DNA of 64,000 nt from Bacillota bacterium (lineage in GTDB: Bacteria > Bacillota > Dethiobacteria > DTU022). The stretch's first letter is position 1; each line of letters starts with the position of its first letter. The DNA lies in contig JBFMGD010000005.1 in NCBI GenBank assembly GCA_040751775.1, forward strand, positions 23,175 to 87,174. The letters run 5' to 3'. Under the pieces are notes generated by a model. That model was given only the letters and a program-made list of their open reading frames with translations, did no database searches and was not told the origin of the DNA. Below are positions 37,613 to 47,708 of this stretch, one piece after another. A program made the translations under genes and the position numbers.

Positions 37613-38935
37613 ATGCAATACGGACCCTATGCAGTGGATTATGAACAGCGTCCCTATGATCCGGAGCGTATGCGCAATGAGAGGGTAGCGAGAGCACAGG
37701 CAGCTCTCAAAAAACACGGTCTAGGTGCAATGATTTTATACGACTACGACTATCACCGCTACCTTGGTTACTACTCTTTCCACCAGTATGCCAGGCGCAG
37801 GCTCGGCACATTTGTTCTCCTGATTCAAGGCGAAGGCTTGCCCTATGTTCCCATCGATCATTTGAACGGTGAATGGGAGCGTCCCCGGATGCCCTGGTTT
37901 GAAGGTAAAATGGTGCTGAAAACATCGAAAGTATACCAACTCTGCCAGGGGTTGCCCGATACCCCAGAATTTATGCCCGGCTATTTCGATGAGACCTGCG
38001 CAGAGATCAAAGCCCTGCTCAAGAAGCACGAGGTCTTCGATATGCCCTGCGGGATCGACGTTGCGAGCGCGAACATGCTCGAGGCTTGCCGGCGGGCAGG
38101 GATCAAGATCGTCGACGGCAACAATTGCATGGTCGATGCGATCAAGGTCAAGACCCAGGATGAAATTCATTGCCTGCGGATGGCCGGCGCGATCACCGAA
38201 GCCGCCCATTGGGAGGTATGCCAGGCTTTACGGCCGGGCTTAACCGAGCTGCAGATTGCCGGAATAGCGGCAAACGGTTGTTACAAGCATGGAGCCGAAG
38301 AGTTGGAAGGCCCTAGTTTCGTGGTTTGCACCGGGGAAAGATCGGGCTATGGTGTCCCGAATATGCCTACGGATAGAATGGTGAGACCTGGGGACATGGT
38401 CATCTTGGATATCAACGGTGTCAGCTTCCAGGGCTATCGCACCTGTTTCTACCGCACTTACTGTGTAGGCGACAAGCCCACCGAATTTCAGAAAGAAGTA
38501 TACAACACCGCTTACGAGGCGCTGATGGCCTTAACCGAATCGATGAAACCCGGTATCACCACCAGGGATGTCCAGAATGACTGGATGAAAAAAGGAGATG
38601 CACCGGGTATGTGGGGGCGCATGCCGAAATGGCCCGAGCCGGGCCGTTACTTCTACGGCACGGTGGCGCATCCGATCGGCCTTCGTTCGGGAGATCCGGG
38701 AGCAACCGTTCCCGGGGCCAGCGGTCAGTTCATGGGTGATTTCCCCGCCGGCAAACTCGAGAAAAACATGACCTTTGCTGTCGAAGCCGCTTGCTTCACC
38801 TGGCTTGGCGACAGGTGGGCCAAGGATGGCGTGAAGATCGAGCACTGCGGCGTGATAACCGACGATGGCTTTGAAGTTTTCTACCGCTTCCCGAAAGATA
38901 AACTGATTACCTGCGGATTGCCCGGCGTCTACTAG
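37613..38935 (+). CDS. M24-family (creatinase/prolidase-fold) metallohydrolase
   Basis: 440 aa. It has a creatinase-type N-domain plus a pita-bread C-domain (His/Asp/Glu-rich metal-ligand region around VILDINGVSFQGYRTCFYRTY...FAVEAACF). A candidate promoter TTGATT-18-TATAAT lies at about 37549-37578. Confidence 0.6.
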   Translation: MQYGPYAVDYEQRPYDPERMRNERVARAQAALKKHGLGAMILYDYDYHRYLGYYSFHQYARRRLGTFVLLIQGEGLPYVPIDHLNGEWERPRMPWFEGKMVLKTSKVYQLCQGLPDTPEFMPGYFDETCAEIKALLKKHEVFDMPCGIDVASANMLEACRRAGIKIVDGNNCMVDAIKVKTQDEIHCLRMAGAITEAAHWEVCQALRPGLTELQIAGIAANGCYKHGAEELEGPSFVVCTGERSGYGVPNMPTDRMVRPGDMVILDINGVSFQGYRTCFYRTYCVGDKPTEFQKEVYNTAYEALMALTESMKPGITTRDVQNDWMKKGDAPGMWGRMPKWPEPGRYFYGTVAHPIGLRSGDPGATVPGASGQFMGDFPAGKLEKNMTFAVEAACFTWLGDRWAKDGVKIEHCGVITDDGFEVFYRFPKDKLITCGLPGVY

Positions 38936-38970
38936 AAAAAAGCGGTTAAGGCAAATATGAACAGCTAAAA

Positions 38971-39010
38971 GGCTCAACTGTAAGCTAGGCAGCGACAGTT
39001 GAGCCTTTTA
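38971..39010 (+). terminator. Rho-independent terminator after the M24 gene
   Basis: Stem GGCTCAACTG (38971-38980) pairs with CAGTTGAGCC (38996-39005) and is followed by TTTTA. It coincides with the switch from GC-rich to AT-rich DNA. Confidence 0.7.
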
Positions 39011-39153
39011 CACGTTAACTGCAGGGTTAAACCCTTCATGATCCGGTAGGAATTTGGTTTATAAAATGTTCAGAATGCGTTTGTAGAATAATGTCATCAA
39101 GCCTTCCATCAGAAGACAAATGTGGTATGATACATTTTGAAGGGAATCCGGCA

Positions 39154-40044
39154 ATGGCTAAAAAATTACTTATACCAATTATAATCGTACTAACAGTATT
39201 CGTGCTGGCAGGCATTCCGCAGTTAATATCCGTTGACGGGAACGGTGTCGTTTTTAACTGGCGGGTGTCGCTTGACAGTGCCGTCAATTATTTAAAAGGC
39301 TTGCCCTCAGGGCAGTCTTTTCTTTTCATCGCCCGTAAAATGCCGCGCAATTTTCTCGATTTATTTCCCGGGTATACTCTCACTTCGTTTATATACCTGG
39401 TCATCGCCGCGTTCCTCGGGCTAAACCTTGGTATTATCCTGGGCATGTTCTGTTCCCGCCTGCGTTCAGCTGTTTTTAAAGATGCAATCGGGTTGTTCGG
39501 GATTATTCCTGATTTTATCATTGTTTTATTGCTGCAGCGCGGTGTGGTTTATATCCAAAAGGCAACCGGCATTAAAGTGGCGAAAGTGGTGGCCATGTCT
39601 CTAACCGAACCGGCTATCTTGCTGCCCCTGATCACCATGTCCTTGATCCCGGCTCTATATCTTATCCGCACCGTTTCCAACCATACCGATTTTGTTTTGT
39701 CCCGTGAATATATCCAGGGAGCGCGGGCTCGGGGCCTTGCACCGCTTTACATCTATCTGCACCATGTATTTCCGAATGTTCTTCCTTTTATCAAAGCGGA
39801 CATGCATAAAGTTGCCGGGATGATGCTGGCCAATCTTTTTATCGTCGAGTACCTGTTTAATATTTACGGCATCACCCGTGCCCTTTTTTATTACGGTTTT
39901 CAATTTGTTCGTTATTCCTATGTGGTCAATTATCAGTATAATTTCGTGGTAAATGTGCTGTTTGTCATTATCTTTTTATACGCGGCGCTCAGCCTCCTGA
40001 TGCGCGGCTACATTCTTTTGCTGGAAAGGAAATTTTGCCGGTGA
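39154..40044 (+). CDS. ABC transporter permease (Dpp/Opp family), orphan
   Basis: It has TM-rich sequence and the EAA-type motif YIQGARARGLAPLYIYLHHVFPN. The start is taken at MAKKLL, while the listed ORF starts at 39091. No substrate-binding or ATPase genes are adjacent. Confidence 0.55.
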   Translation: MAKKLLIPIIIVLTVFVLAGIPQLISVDGNGVVFNWRVSLDSAVNYLKGLPSGQSFLFIARKMPRNFLDLFPGYTLTSFIYLVIAAFLGLNLGIILGMFCSRLRSAVFKDAIGLFGIIPDFIIVLLLQRGVVYIQKATGIKVAKVVAMSLTEPAILLPLITMSLIPALYLIRTVSNHTDFVLSREYIQGARARGLAPLYIYLHHVFPNVLPFIKADMHKVAGMMLANLFIVEYLFNIYGITRALFYYGFQFVRYSYVVNYQYNFVVNVLFVIIFLYAALSLLMRGYILLLERKFCR

Positions 40045-40946
40045 ACATCAGATTGGCAGTGGGAATATTTTTAACAGCCCTGATCGTCGCTGTGGCCATT
40101 TTCGGACCATGGCTGGCGCCGTACGAAGTTTCGGATGATAAAAAAATCGAATGGGTGGAAACTGAGGACGGTATGCAGATGGTGTTCGCTCCCGCGCCGC
40201 CGAGCAGAGCGAACTGGTTTGGCACTAACCGCTGGGGGTATGACATTCTTACCCTTCTGCTATACGGCGCGCGCTATACCGTATTCAGTGTGATTACTGT
40301 TGCCCTGGTCAGGGTCGTGCTTGGCGGTCTAGCCGGGCTGCTGCTGGGATTGTATACAGAGCTTAAATCGCCGTCATTTAACTTTTCTTGCCTCGGCGTG
40401 TTGCCGCTGTTCGTTATAGTTTACTTCTTCGTCTTCGGCATTAATATTAACTCAACTCTGTCTCCCTGGACCCTGGTTTTATTGCAAGTATCGCTGTTAA
40501 GTATTTTCGGTATACCCGGTGTTGCCGCCGTAATCCAGCAAAAAACCGGGGAGATTAAGAAGCAGGAATTTGTGCTGGCGGCCAGGACAATTGGGGCGGG
40601 AAAATGGCGCCTGGCATTTAAGCATATTCTGCCTTTTCTTAAGGAAACCCTGGTGATATTGGCGGTCCACGAGTCGATCGCGGTATTAAACATTCAGGGT
40701 CAACTGGGGATTTTCAACATGTTCCTGGGCGGCACGGTTTTTACACCAAATCCGATGCTTTTTCATTCGAGGACACACGAATGGGCAGGGCTGGTTGGAC
40801 AAGCCAAGAACTATGTTTCCGCCAACCAATGGATCCTCGCGTTCCCCTTGCTGGCCTTCATGATTGCCCTGGTTTCACTTTATTATCTATCCCGCGGCCT
40901 TGAAGATTACTACCGGGATAAGTACCAGCCTTACCGACACGCCTGA
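40035..40946 (+). CDS. ABC transporter permease (DppC-like), orphan
   Basis: 303 aa. It has the motif FVLAARTIGAGKWRLAFKHILPFL and multiple TM helices. Confidence 0.55.
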   Translation: MPVNIRLAVGIFLTALIVAVAIFGPWLAPYEVSDDKKIEWVETEDGMQMVFAPAPPSRANWFGTNRWGYDILTLLLYGARYTVFSVITVALVRVVLGGLAGLLLGLYTELKSPSFNFSCLGVLPLFVIVYFFVFGININSTLSPWTLVLLQVSLLSIFGIPGVAAVIQQKTGEIKKQEFVLAARTIGAGKWRLAFKHILPFLKETLVILAVHESIAVLNIQGQLGIFNMFLGGTVFTPNPMLFHSRTHEWAGLVGQAKNYVSANQWILAFPLLAFMIALVSLYYLSRGLEDYYRDKYQPYRHA

Positions 40947-41345
40947 TCAATCCCTCTTGCCCCGGCATAGTCTTATTCCCATTAATTTACACCATATTGA
41001 ATTAGTAGATCGCCCGCTGCATGGAAGCCTTGAAGTTGTCTTCACGCGCCACATCTTCGAATACTTCCAGTCCGTCAAAAAACCCTGCTAACGTATCGCG
41101 TTGAGGATTAAAATGACGGCCAGGCCGGCTTCCAGTGAGGCTAATATGTTTTAGTGGGTTCTCTCTCTATGAAAATGCTCATATTACGCTAAAATAATCA
41201 TGAAAATGAGTAGAAATATATATTCCGATTGATATTAAGGTCAATTGATGTTATATTGATATTAATACTTCAAATTTAAGTCGAAATAGTAGACATTTTT
41301 CATTATACTAATCACAAAGAAAATATCTTTGTGAGGTGAAACATT

Positions 41346-42116
41346 ATGAACAAGCATCAGAAAAAAATTATGAATTACTTAACGGAACACACGCAAACTG
41401 ATGTGGACACCCTAAGCAAGAAAGTGGCCCTATCTTCTTCTACTATTCGAAGGCAACTAAGTGAACTGCAAGAAAAAGGTTTGCTGGTTCGCACTCATGG
41501 TGGTGCTATGTTACCAAATCCAATACACTATGGTTCTTATTTCGAAACACGAGTAACTTGCCAGATGGAAGCGAAACGCATGATTGCTTCTTTGGCGAAA
41601 AAGCAACTTACTCCTAATTTGATCATCGGAATAAGTGGCGGTTCGACCTGCACTGAATTGGCTCGACAGCTGCGTGCTTTGAGCGGTTTTACCATTGTTA
41701 CTAATGCCTTGAATATCGCTATTGAGATGCAAGGCCCCTTGAGCAATCGAATAATTGTAACCGGAGGGGTGCTGAACCAAAGTTCATATGAATTAGTCGG
41801 GAATCAAGTTGCTGAAAGTTTAAAAAATGTATCATTAGATATCGCTTTCCTCGGCTGTAGTGGCATAGACTGTGCTTTTGGATTTTCGATGTTCGATGAA
41901 CCGGAAGCAGTTGCCGGGCGTGCATTTATGGCTGCTTCCCGAAAAACGATTGTCTTAGCCGATCACACCAAGCTGAGTCGAACAGAATTCGCCCGTTTGT
42001 GCCCTATCGAAGCTGTTGATATGTTGATTACTGATGAGGGAGTATCCGACGAGCAGATACGTTCTCTGAAAAAAGTAAATCTTGAAGTGCTTGTTGCATC
42101 AACAGATTTGAAATAA
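41346..42116 (+). CDS. DeoR/GlpR-family transcriptional regulator
   Basis: 256 aa. It has an N-terminal HTH (LSKKVALSSSTIRRQLSELQEKGLL) plus a DeoR C-terminal sugar-phosphate-binding domain. AT-rich direct repeats TTGATATTAA lie upstream at 41225-41265. Confidence 0.8.
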   Translation: MNKHQKKIMNYLTEHTQTDVDTLSKKVALSSSTIRRQLSELQEKGLLVRTHGGAMLPNPIHYGSYFETRVTCQMEAKRMIASLAKKQLTPNLIIGISGGSTCTELARQLRALSGFTIVTNALNIAIEMQGPLSNRIIVTGGVLNQSSYELVGNQVAESLKNVSLDIAFLGCSGIDCAFGFSMFDEPEAVAGRAFMAASRKTIVLADHTKLSRTEFARLCPIEAVDMLITDEGVSDEQIRSLKKVNLEVLVASTDLK

Positions 42117-42162
42117 CGCTCTAGTTTTTATGATGGATTAATCCAATTATGAGGTGATTTTT

Positions 42163-43194
42163 TTGACTGAAACTAAACAAGAGATACTCTCTCAACCTGA
42201 AGTATGGGTAGAAACACTTCGCTATATAAAAGAAAAAGACCCCAGTAACTTCCCGAATATAAAAGATTTTGGTCAAATTATTTTTACCGGTTGTGGCTCC
42301 ACTTTTTATCTTTCATGCTGGGCTGCCCGCTTATATGAAGAAGTGACCGGTATTGTCTGTCGCGCTGTTCCTGCTTCAGAAATAGTCCTTTTCCCGACGG
42401 CCTGGTTATCCGGTAAAGTAAAACGCCTGTTGATTGCTGTTTCCCGATCAGGTGAAACAACGGAAACTATTCAGGCGGCAAAAATGTTTCAAGAAGGTGG
42501 ATATGGAGAAACACTGGTGATTACTTGTTATCCAGGCAGTGAACTGGCCTCTGTAGTACCCGTTGTTTTGGAAACTCCCAGTGGTCAAGAAAAGAGTGTT
42601 GTCCAAACTCGTTCTTTTACATGCATGATGCTGGCTACCATTTGGTTGCTTTATAAGGATATCCCTAGTGCTTTATTGGAAACCATTACTAATGTCGGGC
42701 AGAACATTTTGGATATTTCTTCAGATGCCGTCAATCGTTTGAATAATAATTACGAAAAAATATTTTTCTTGGGCGGCGGCCCTAGGTTTGGTTTGGCCAA
42801 TGAGTGTATGCTCAAGGTTAAAGAAATGTCTCTAACCAATACTGAATCTTATCATTTTCTGGAGTTTCGTCATGGCCCAATGTCTATGGTGGATAAACGT
42901 AGTCTTGTTGTTGGTTTGCTAAGCGGCGGCTTTACCGAAACATACGAAATGAAAGTTATGAATGAGATGAAAGCCTTGGGGGCACGCACCATGGCGTTAA
43001 CGGAGACTGAACTTAAGATATCTGCAGATGCTATCCATGATCTAATCGCTTTTAACAGTGGCCTCCCCTCGGCCTGGTGCGCTCCTTTATACTTGCCGGC
43101 AGCTCAGCTTATGGCTTACGAAAGGGCTTTGAGCAAAGGATTGGATCCGGATATTCCCAACAATCTTAAGGCGGTGGTTAGGCTTGACCGTTGA
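42163..43194 (+). CDS. Double-SIS-domain sugar-phosphate isomerase/deaminase (AgaS/FrlB/GlmS-C-like)
   Basis: About 343 aa. Its two SIS domains carry the GCGSTFYLSCW and FLGGGPRFGLANECMLKVKE motifs. The start is TTG at 42163 with RBS tgaggtg. Confidence 0.65.
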   Translation: MTETKQEILSQPEVWVETLRYIKEKDPSNFPNIKDFGQIIFTGCGSTFYLSCWAARLYEEVTGIVCRAVPASEIVLFPTAWLSGKVKRLLIAVSRSGETTETIQAAKMFQEGGYGETLVITCYPGSELASVVPVVLETPSGQEKSVVQTRSFTCMMLATIWLLYKDIPSALLETITNVGQNILDISSDAVNRLNNNYEKIFFLGGGPRFGLANECMLKVKEMSLTNTESYHFLEFRHGPMSMVDKRSLVVGLLSGGFTETYEMKVMNEMKALGARTMALTETELKISADAIHDLIAFNSGLPSAWCAPLYLPAAQLMAYERALSKGLDPDIPNNLKAVVRLDR

Positions 43195-43654
43195 GAAATC
43201 TGGCAATGCCTTAAATTTAAAAATGATCGTTACCGGTTCGACTATCCGAGCCGGGGTTACGGTAAAGTCATGGGAAGATGCGGTTGATTATGCCGGAGCG
43301 CTGTTATTGGAAAATGGTTTTATATTGCCATCGTATATCAAAGCGATGAAAAAAGTGTTTAAAGATATTGGTCCATATGCGGTTATGGCTCCAGGGATAG
43401 TATTATTGCATGCCCGACCGGAAGATGGGGTTATACACCCTTGCCTGGCTCTAATTACTCTATCTACGCCAATTAATTTCGGGCACTCAGAAAATGATCC
43501 CGTAGACCTGGTTTTTGCTATGGGTGCTATCGATAAAGATACGCATATCTTAGCGTTACAGCAGTTAGCAGAGATATTGGCAGATCCGGCAAGGTTGGAT
43601 CTCATACGTTCCACGGACAATGACGCTGCTCTTTTTAAATTGTTAGTGAACTGA
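43184..43654 (+). CDS. PTS EIIA component (EIIA-2, Fru/Mtl/Ntr type)
   Basis: 156 aa. It has the PTS_EIIA_2 fold signature with candidate phospho-His in VLLHARPEDG. It overlaps the upstream stop. Confidence 0.6.
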   Translation: MTVEKSGNALNLKMIVTGSTIRAGVTVKSWEDAVDYAGALLLENGFILPSYIKAMKKVFKDIGPYAVMAPGIVLLHARPEDGVIHPCLALITLSTPINFGHSENDPVDLVFAMGAIDKDTHILALQQLAEILADPARLDLIRSTDNDAALFKLLVN

Positions 43655-43690
43655 TTTTAACAATGCTTTAGCAGGAGGGGCGAATAATTC

Positions 43691-43963
43691 ATGCGCATCG
43701 CTACATTGTGTGGTATGGGCTTTGGAACAAGTATGATGTTGAAATTGTTTTTGGAAGAAATATTAAAACAGGAGGGTATTAAAGCGGAGGTTATTCCCTG
43801 GGACTTGGGATCTTTCAAAGGACAGCAAGCTGATTTGATTGTAGCTCCGGTGGATATGGAAACCCATTTACGCTCTGCTCAGGGGAAAGTAGTCCTAATA
43901 AAAAACCTGGTGGATAAAGCAGAAATAAAAGATAAGGTTTTACATGCACTAATGAATAACTAA
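43691..43963 (+). CDS. PTS EIIB component (ascorbate/galactitol family)
   Basis: 90 aa. Its N-terminal MRIATLCGMGFGTSMML carries the phospho-Cys. Confidence 0.7.
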   Translation: MRIATLCGMGFGTSMMLKLFLEEILKQEGIKAEVIPWDLGSFKGQQADLIVAPVDMETHLRSAQGKVVLIKNLVDKAEIKDKVLHALMNN

Positions 43964-44056
43964 TCTAAGTTTAGTGAGGAGGCTGATATTTATAATCAAG
44001 CTTGAGGTTTAGAGGTAAGGTAAAGTATTGATCTATTTATAAGAAGGAGGATAAAA

Positions 44057-45373
44057 ATGGCGATCTTAGAGATCCTGCTCGGTTTAATCACTTTACCGTC
44101 TTTTGTTTTGGGCCTTATTGCTGCCGTTGGTCTGTCTATTCAACGTAAACCTTTTAGTGATGTGCTTTCGGGAACTATTAAGACTGTTTTGGGCCTGTTG
44201 ATAATGGGCGTTGGAATAGGAGCCTTAATAAACGCGTTGATTCCGATCCAAGCTATGTTTGAAGCGGGAGTCCCCGCTGGAAAATTCGAAGCGTTCGTTA
44301 CCTTCGATGAAGCTGTTGTTAGCGCAGTGCAAACAGCGGATATTAGACAAATTGGCGCTGCTATTGCATGGACAATGCTTTTCGGTTACATTATTCATAT
44401 TATTTTGGCCCGGGTTACTCGTTTTCGCTATATCTACCTGACAGGCCATATGATCTGGATTCACGCGGGTGCTTTTGCCATACTGTTTCACTCTTTTGGT
44501 TTATCATTGTTTTGGACGGTTTTACTGGCATCTATCGTAGACGGGCTGTACATGACACTGTCACCTGCTATAGCGCAACCGGTTATGCGTAAAATTACCG
44601 GCACCGATGAGATTGCTTTTGGACACGGGCAGACTTTGTTGAATATGTTAGGCGCCTGGGTCGGTAAGTTGGTAGGGAATCCGGAGCAGTCCGCCGAAGA
44701 TATGAAAGTATCGGATAAGTTAAACTTTTTCCGCGACTTGGCGATCTCGATTTCTCTGATTATGCTTGTCGTAACATTGGTGGGAGCTATACTGGCTCTG
44801 ATTCAAATTGGTGTGTCTAATTTTTCGGAAAATATCAGCAGTGGTCAAAATTGGTTGATTTTCTCCATCTTGAAAGCTTTAGGTTTTACGGCAGGTGTTT
44901 TAATTCTCCTGCAAGGAGTACGCATGTTAATTGCTGAAATTGTACCTGCTTTTAAAGGTATTGCCGAAAAGGTTATACCGGGAGCCAAACCTGCTCTTGA
45001 CTGCCCGGTAATCTATCCTTTTGCCCCCAACTCGCTCATAATCGGTCTAATCTCCGGAACTATTGGGCAAGTTCTAGGTATTGTGATACTGGCCTTGATG
45101 GGTTGGCCGGTTCCTTTACCCAGCATGATCGCTGCGTTCTTTGCCAGTGGGTCCGGTGCGATCTTCGGAAATGCCACCGGTGGACGTAGAGGTGCATGGG
45201 CAGGAGGATTTCTGTGGGGATTCGTGGGCTGGTTCCTTATCAGTTTTGCTTATAAATTCCAAGTTTTTGGCGATCTATCGGCTATGGGTGCCCAAGCCCT
45301 TGGATTTACCGTTCCCGATGCCATTGTTCCGGGGATAGTAATTTGGCTAATCGCTAAGATATTTGGCGCATAG
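44057..45373 (+). CDS. PTS EIIC permease (ascorbate/SgaT-UlaA family)
   Basis: 438 aa and highly hydrophobic with 10 or more TM segments. Its position directly after the EIIB gene supports the call. Confidence 0.65.
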   Translation: MAILEILLGLITLPSFVLGLIAAVGLSIQRKPFSDVLSGTIKTVLGLLIMGVGIGALINALIPIQAMFEAGVPAGKFEAFVTFDEAVVSAVQTADIRQIGAAIAWTMLFGYIIHIILARVTRFRYIYLTGHMIWIHAGAFAILFHSFGLSLFWTVLLASIVDGLYMTLSPAIAQPVMRKITGTDEIAFGHGQTLLNMLGAWVGKLVGNPEQSAEDMKVSDKLNFFRDLAISISLIMLVVTLVGAILALIQIGVSNFSENISSGQNWLIFSILKALGFTAGVLILLQGVRMLIAEIVPAFKGIAEKVIPGAKPALDCPVIYPFAPNSLIIGLISGTIGQVLGIVILALMGWPVPLPSMIAAFFASGSGAIFGNATGGRRGAWAGGFLWGFVGWFLISFAYKFQVFGDLSAMGAQALGFTVPDAIVPGIVIWLIAKIFGA

Positions 45374-45457
45374 TAATTTTTAATGTGGTGGGTGCGGTGG
45401 GGCAGGGAAAATATTATTTCATGCCCCACCTATACAAATATTGAAAGGTAGTCAGTA

Positions 45458-46606
45458 ATGAAAATGCATGTAAGTGGCGGTACCTTGGTAACACCGAACC
45501 ATGTTCTTAAAGAACACGACATCATTATTGAACAAGATAAGATCTTGGCCATACTTCCTAGTCAGCCTAAATCGAAAGAATACTCAATCGATGCCAGGGG
45601 AATGTGGGTTGTCCCCGGATTTATTGATTTACATATTCACGGCTCCGCTGGTTTTGATACCATGGACGCAACGAATGAGGCGATCCACGGTTTGGCCAAT
45701 TTTTTAGTAAAACACGGAGTGACGTCTTATCTGCCGACAACTATTGCAGCGTCAGCGGAACGTATTAGAGAAGTCTTGGCTAATATTCGACACTGCCCTC
45801 AACCTGAGGAAGGGGCAAGACATTTGGGGTTGCACTTGGAAGGGCCGTATCTCAGTTCTCGTTATCGGGGGGCGCAACCGTTCCGTCATATACGACCTGT
45901 CGATCCCGACGAATACCGGTATTGGCTTGTAGGTGGATTTCCGGTATTCATGGTTACATTAGCTCCTGAAGTAGATGGAATAGACGGGTTTTTAAAAGCG
46001 GGAACAGATGCCGGCATTATTTTTGCGGTAGGACATAGTGAAGCCAGTTATGAACAAGTCTTGGCAGCTGCTGAGTTGGGACTGTCGCAGGCTTCTCATC
46101 TTTTTAACGGTATGCCTCCTTTCCATCACCGTGAGCCAGGTGTGGTTGGAGCAGTATTAATGGATCACCGGATCGTGCCGCAAGTTATAGTCGATGGGGT
46201 TCACCTGCACCCAGCCGCTCTTAAATTAGTTGTGAAAGCCAAAGGAATCGATAAAACTATTTTGATTACAGATGCTACCAGAGGGGCCGGTTTGAAAGAC
46301 GGTGATTACACTTTAGGTGACCAGGCCATAACTGTTCAGAATGGTATTGCCCGTACCAGGGAAGGCGGTTTGGCTGGAAGTACCTTGACCATGGATGTAG
46401 CAATAAAAAATATGATGGAATACACTGGGCTCTCTTTGCCGGAGGCAGTTACTATGGCCACATTGACACCTGCCGTTTCGATAGGGATGTGCGGTAAAAA
46501 GGGAATCCTGGCTTCGGGAGCAGATGCGGATCTGGTGCTGCTGGACCATGACTGCCGGGTAAGAATGACTATGGTAATGGGTCGGGTTGTTTATAACGAC
46601 ATGTGA
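45458..46606 (+). CDS. nagA: N-acetylglucosamine/N-acetylgalactosamine-6-phosphate deacetylase (NagA/AgaA family)
   Basis: 382 aa. It shows the amidohydrolase motifs GFIDLHIHGSAG and HLFNGMPPFHHREPG, with NagA-family similarity throughout. Confidence 0.8.
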   Translation: MKMHVSGGTLVTPNHVLKEHDIIIEQDKILAILPSQPKSKEYSIDARGMWVVPGFIDLHIHGSAGFDTMDATNEAIHGLANFLVKHGVTSYLPTTIAASAERIREVLANIRHCPQPEEGARHLGLHLEGPYLSSRYRGAQPFRHIRPVDPDEYRYWLVGGFPVFMVTLAPEVDGIDGFLKAGTDAGIIFAVGHSEASYEQVLAAAELGLSQASHLFNGMPPFHHREPGVVGAVLMDHRIVPQVIVDGVHLHPAALKLVVKAKGIDKTILITDATRGAGLKDGDYTLGDQAITVQNGIARTREGGLAGSTLTMDVAIKNMMEYTGLSLPEAVTMATLTPAVSIGMCGKKGILASGADADLVLLDHDCRVRMTMVMGRVVYNDM

Positions 46607-46646
46607 TTATTAAAAATCTTTAACTACCGGAAAGGAGTATAAAAAC

Positions 46647-47393
46647 GTGGGGCAATTATCATCTGTTTACCTAAATAAGGTAATCGGCTTACTGGAAAGG
46701 ATCAGGGATGAAGAAGAGGAACAAATGAATCTTGCCGCTAAAATGCTGGCTGACACAGTGGAGCAAGGGAATTGTATTTTTGCTTTTGGGTGCACCCATT
46801 CTTCATTGCCTGTTCAGGACCTGGTGTATAGAGCGGGTGGCTTAATGCTGGTAAACCCCCTTTTTGGTCCCGGCATCGCCTCGTTGGATCTTAAACCAAC
46901 TACCATCTCTTCTGCGATTGAACAACTACCGGGATTTGCTGGTGTTATATTAAATGAAGGTCCGCTAAAATCAGGGGATGCATTGATTATAGTTTCTGTT
47001 TCCGGCAGAAATGCAGTTCCTGTAGAGTTGGCGCAGCTATCCCAGGAAAGAGGCATAAAGGTGATTGGCATTACTTCTAAAGAGTACTCCCAAGCAGTAT
47101 CTTCACGTCATCATTCCGGTAAAAAGATGCATGATTATGCTGATGTAGTATTAGATAATAAAGCACCGAAGGGAGATGCAGTTCTGGAAGACCAAGGAGT
47201 GCCCCAAAAATTTAATCCCGTTTCAGGGGTTACTTCTACAGCAATTCTGCAAGCTCTAGTTGCATCAACTATTGAAGAACTGTTATCGCGCGGTATTACT
47301 CCTCCGATTTATTTAGCGGCCAATGTCGATGGTGGGGCTGAATATAATGCACGTCTACTGAAAGAATATCGCCATCGCATTTTTTATCTTTAA
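46647..47393 (+). CDS. SIS-domain protein (sugar-phosphate isomerase-like, single SIS)
   Basis: 248 aa. Its SIS-like core is DALIIVSVSGRNAVPVELAQLSQERGIKVIGITS. The subfamily is unclear. Confidence 0.5.
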   Translation: MGQLSSVYLNKVIGLLERIRDEEEEQMNLAAKMLADTVEQGNCIFAFGCTHSSLPVQDLVYRAGGLMLVNPLFGPGIASLDLKPTTISSAIEQLPGFAGVILNEGPLKSGDALIIVSVSGRNAVPVELAQLSQERGIKVIGITSKEYSQAVSSRHHSGKKMHDYADVVLDNKAPKGDAVLEDQGVPQKFNPVSGVTSTAILQALVASTIEELLSRGITPPIYLAANVDGGAEYNARLLKEYRHRIFYL

Positions 47394-47416
47394 TCAGAAA
47401 GTTAGGTGAAGATTTT

Positions 47417-47701
47417 TTGAAAACAGCAGTGATCAAATATTCACATCCAATCGGTTTACACGCCCGGCCGGCTGCTCTTGTTGTCAAGACAGCGAATCAG
47501 TTCGATGCAGCCGTCAGTTTCCGCAACCTGAGCGCTTCAGGTCAATGGGTAAACGCTAAAAGTATGTTAAGTCTCATAACGGCCGGTGTAAAACAAAACG
47601 ACGATGTGGAGATTAAAACCGAAGGAAAAGACGAGAGGCAAGCCCTCACGGCTATACAAAATTTATTTCAAACTGAACTTAATAAGGATGCGGGGGAGTG
47701 A
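47417..47701 (+). CDS. ptsH: Phosphocarrier protein HPr
   Basis: 94 aa. It has His15 in IGLHARPAALVV. The start is TTG. Confidence 0.85.
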   Translation: MKTAVIKYSHPIGLHARPAALVVKTANQFDAAVSFRNLSASGQWVNAKSMLSLITAGVKQNDDVEIKTEGKDERQALTAIQNLFQTELNKDAGE

Positions 47702-47708
47702 TTTTCCA

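Noticed and set aside
45388-45420. Hairpin GTGGGGCA...TGCCCCAC between the EIIC gene and nagA as a terminator
   Set aside because: The stem is not followed by a U-tract, and the genes are likely co-transcribed. It is possibly an RNA-processing or stability element but is not supportable from sequence alone.
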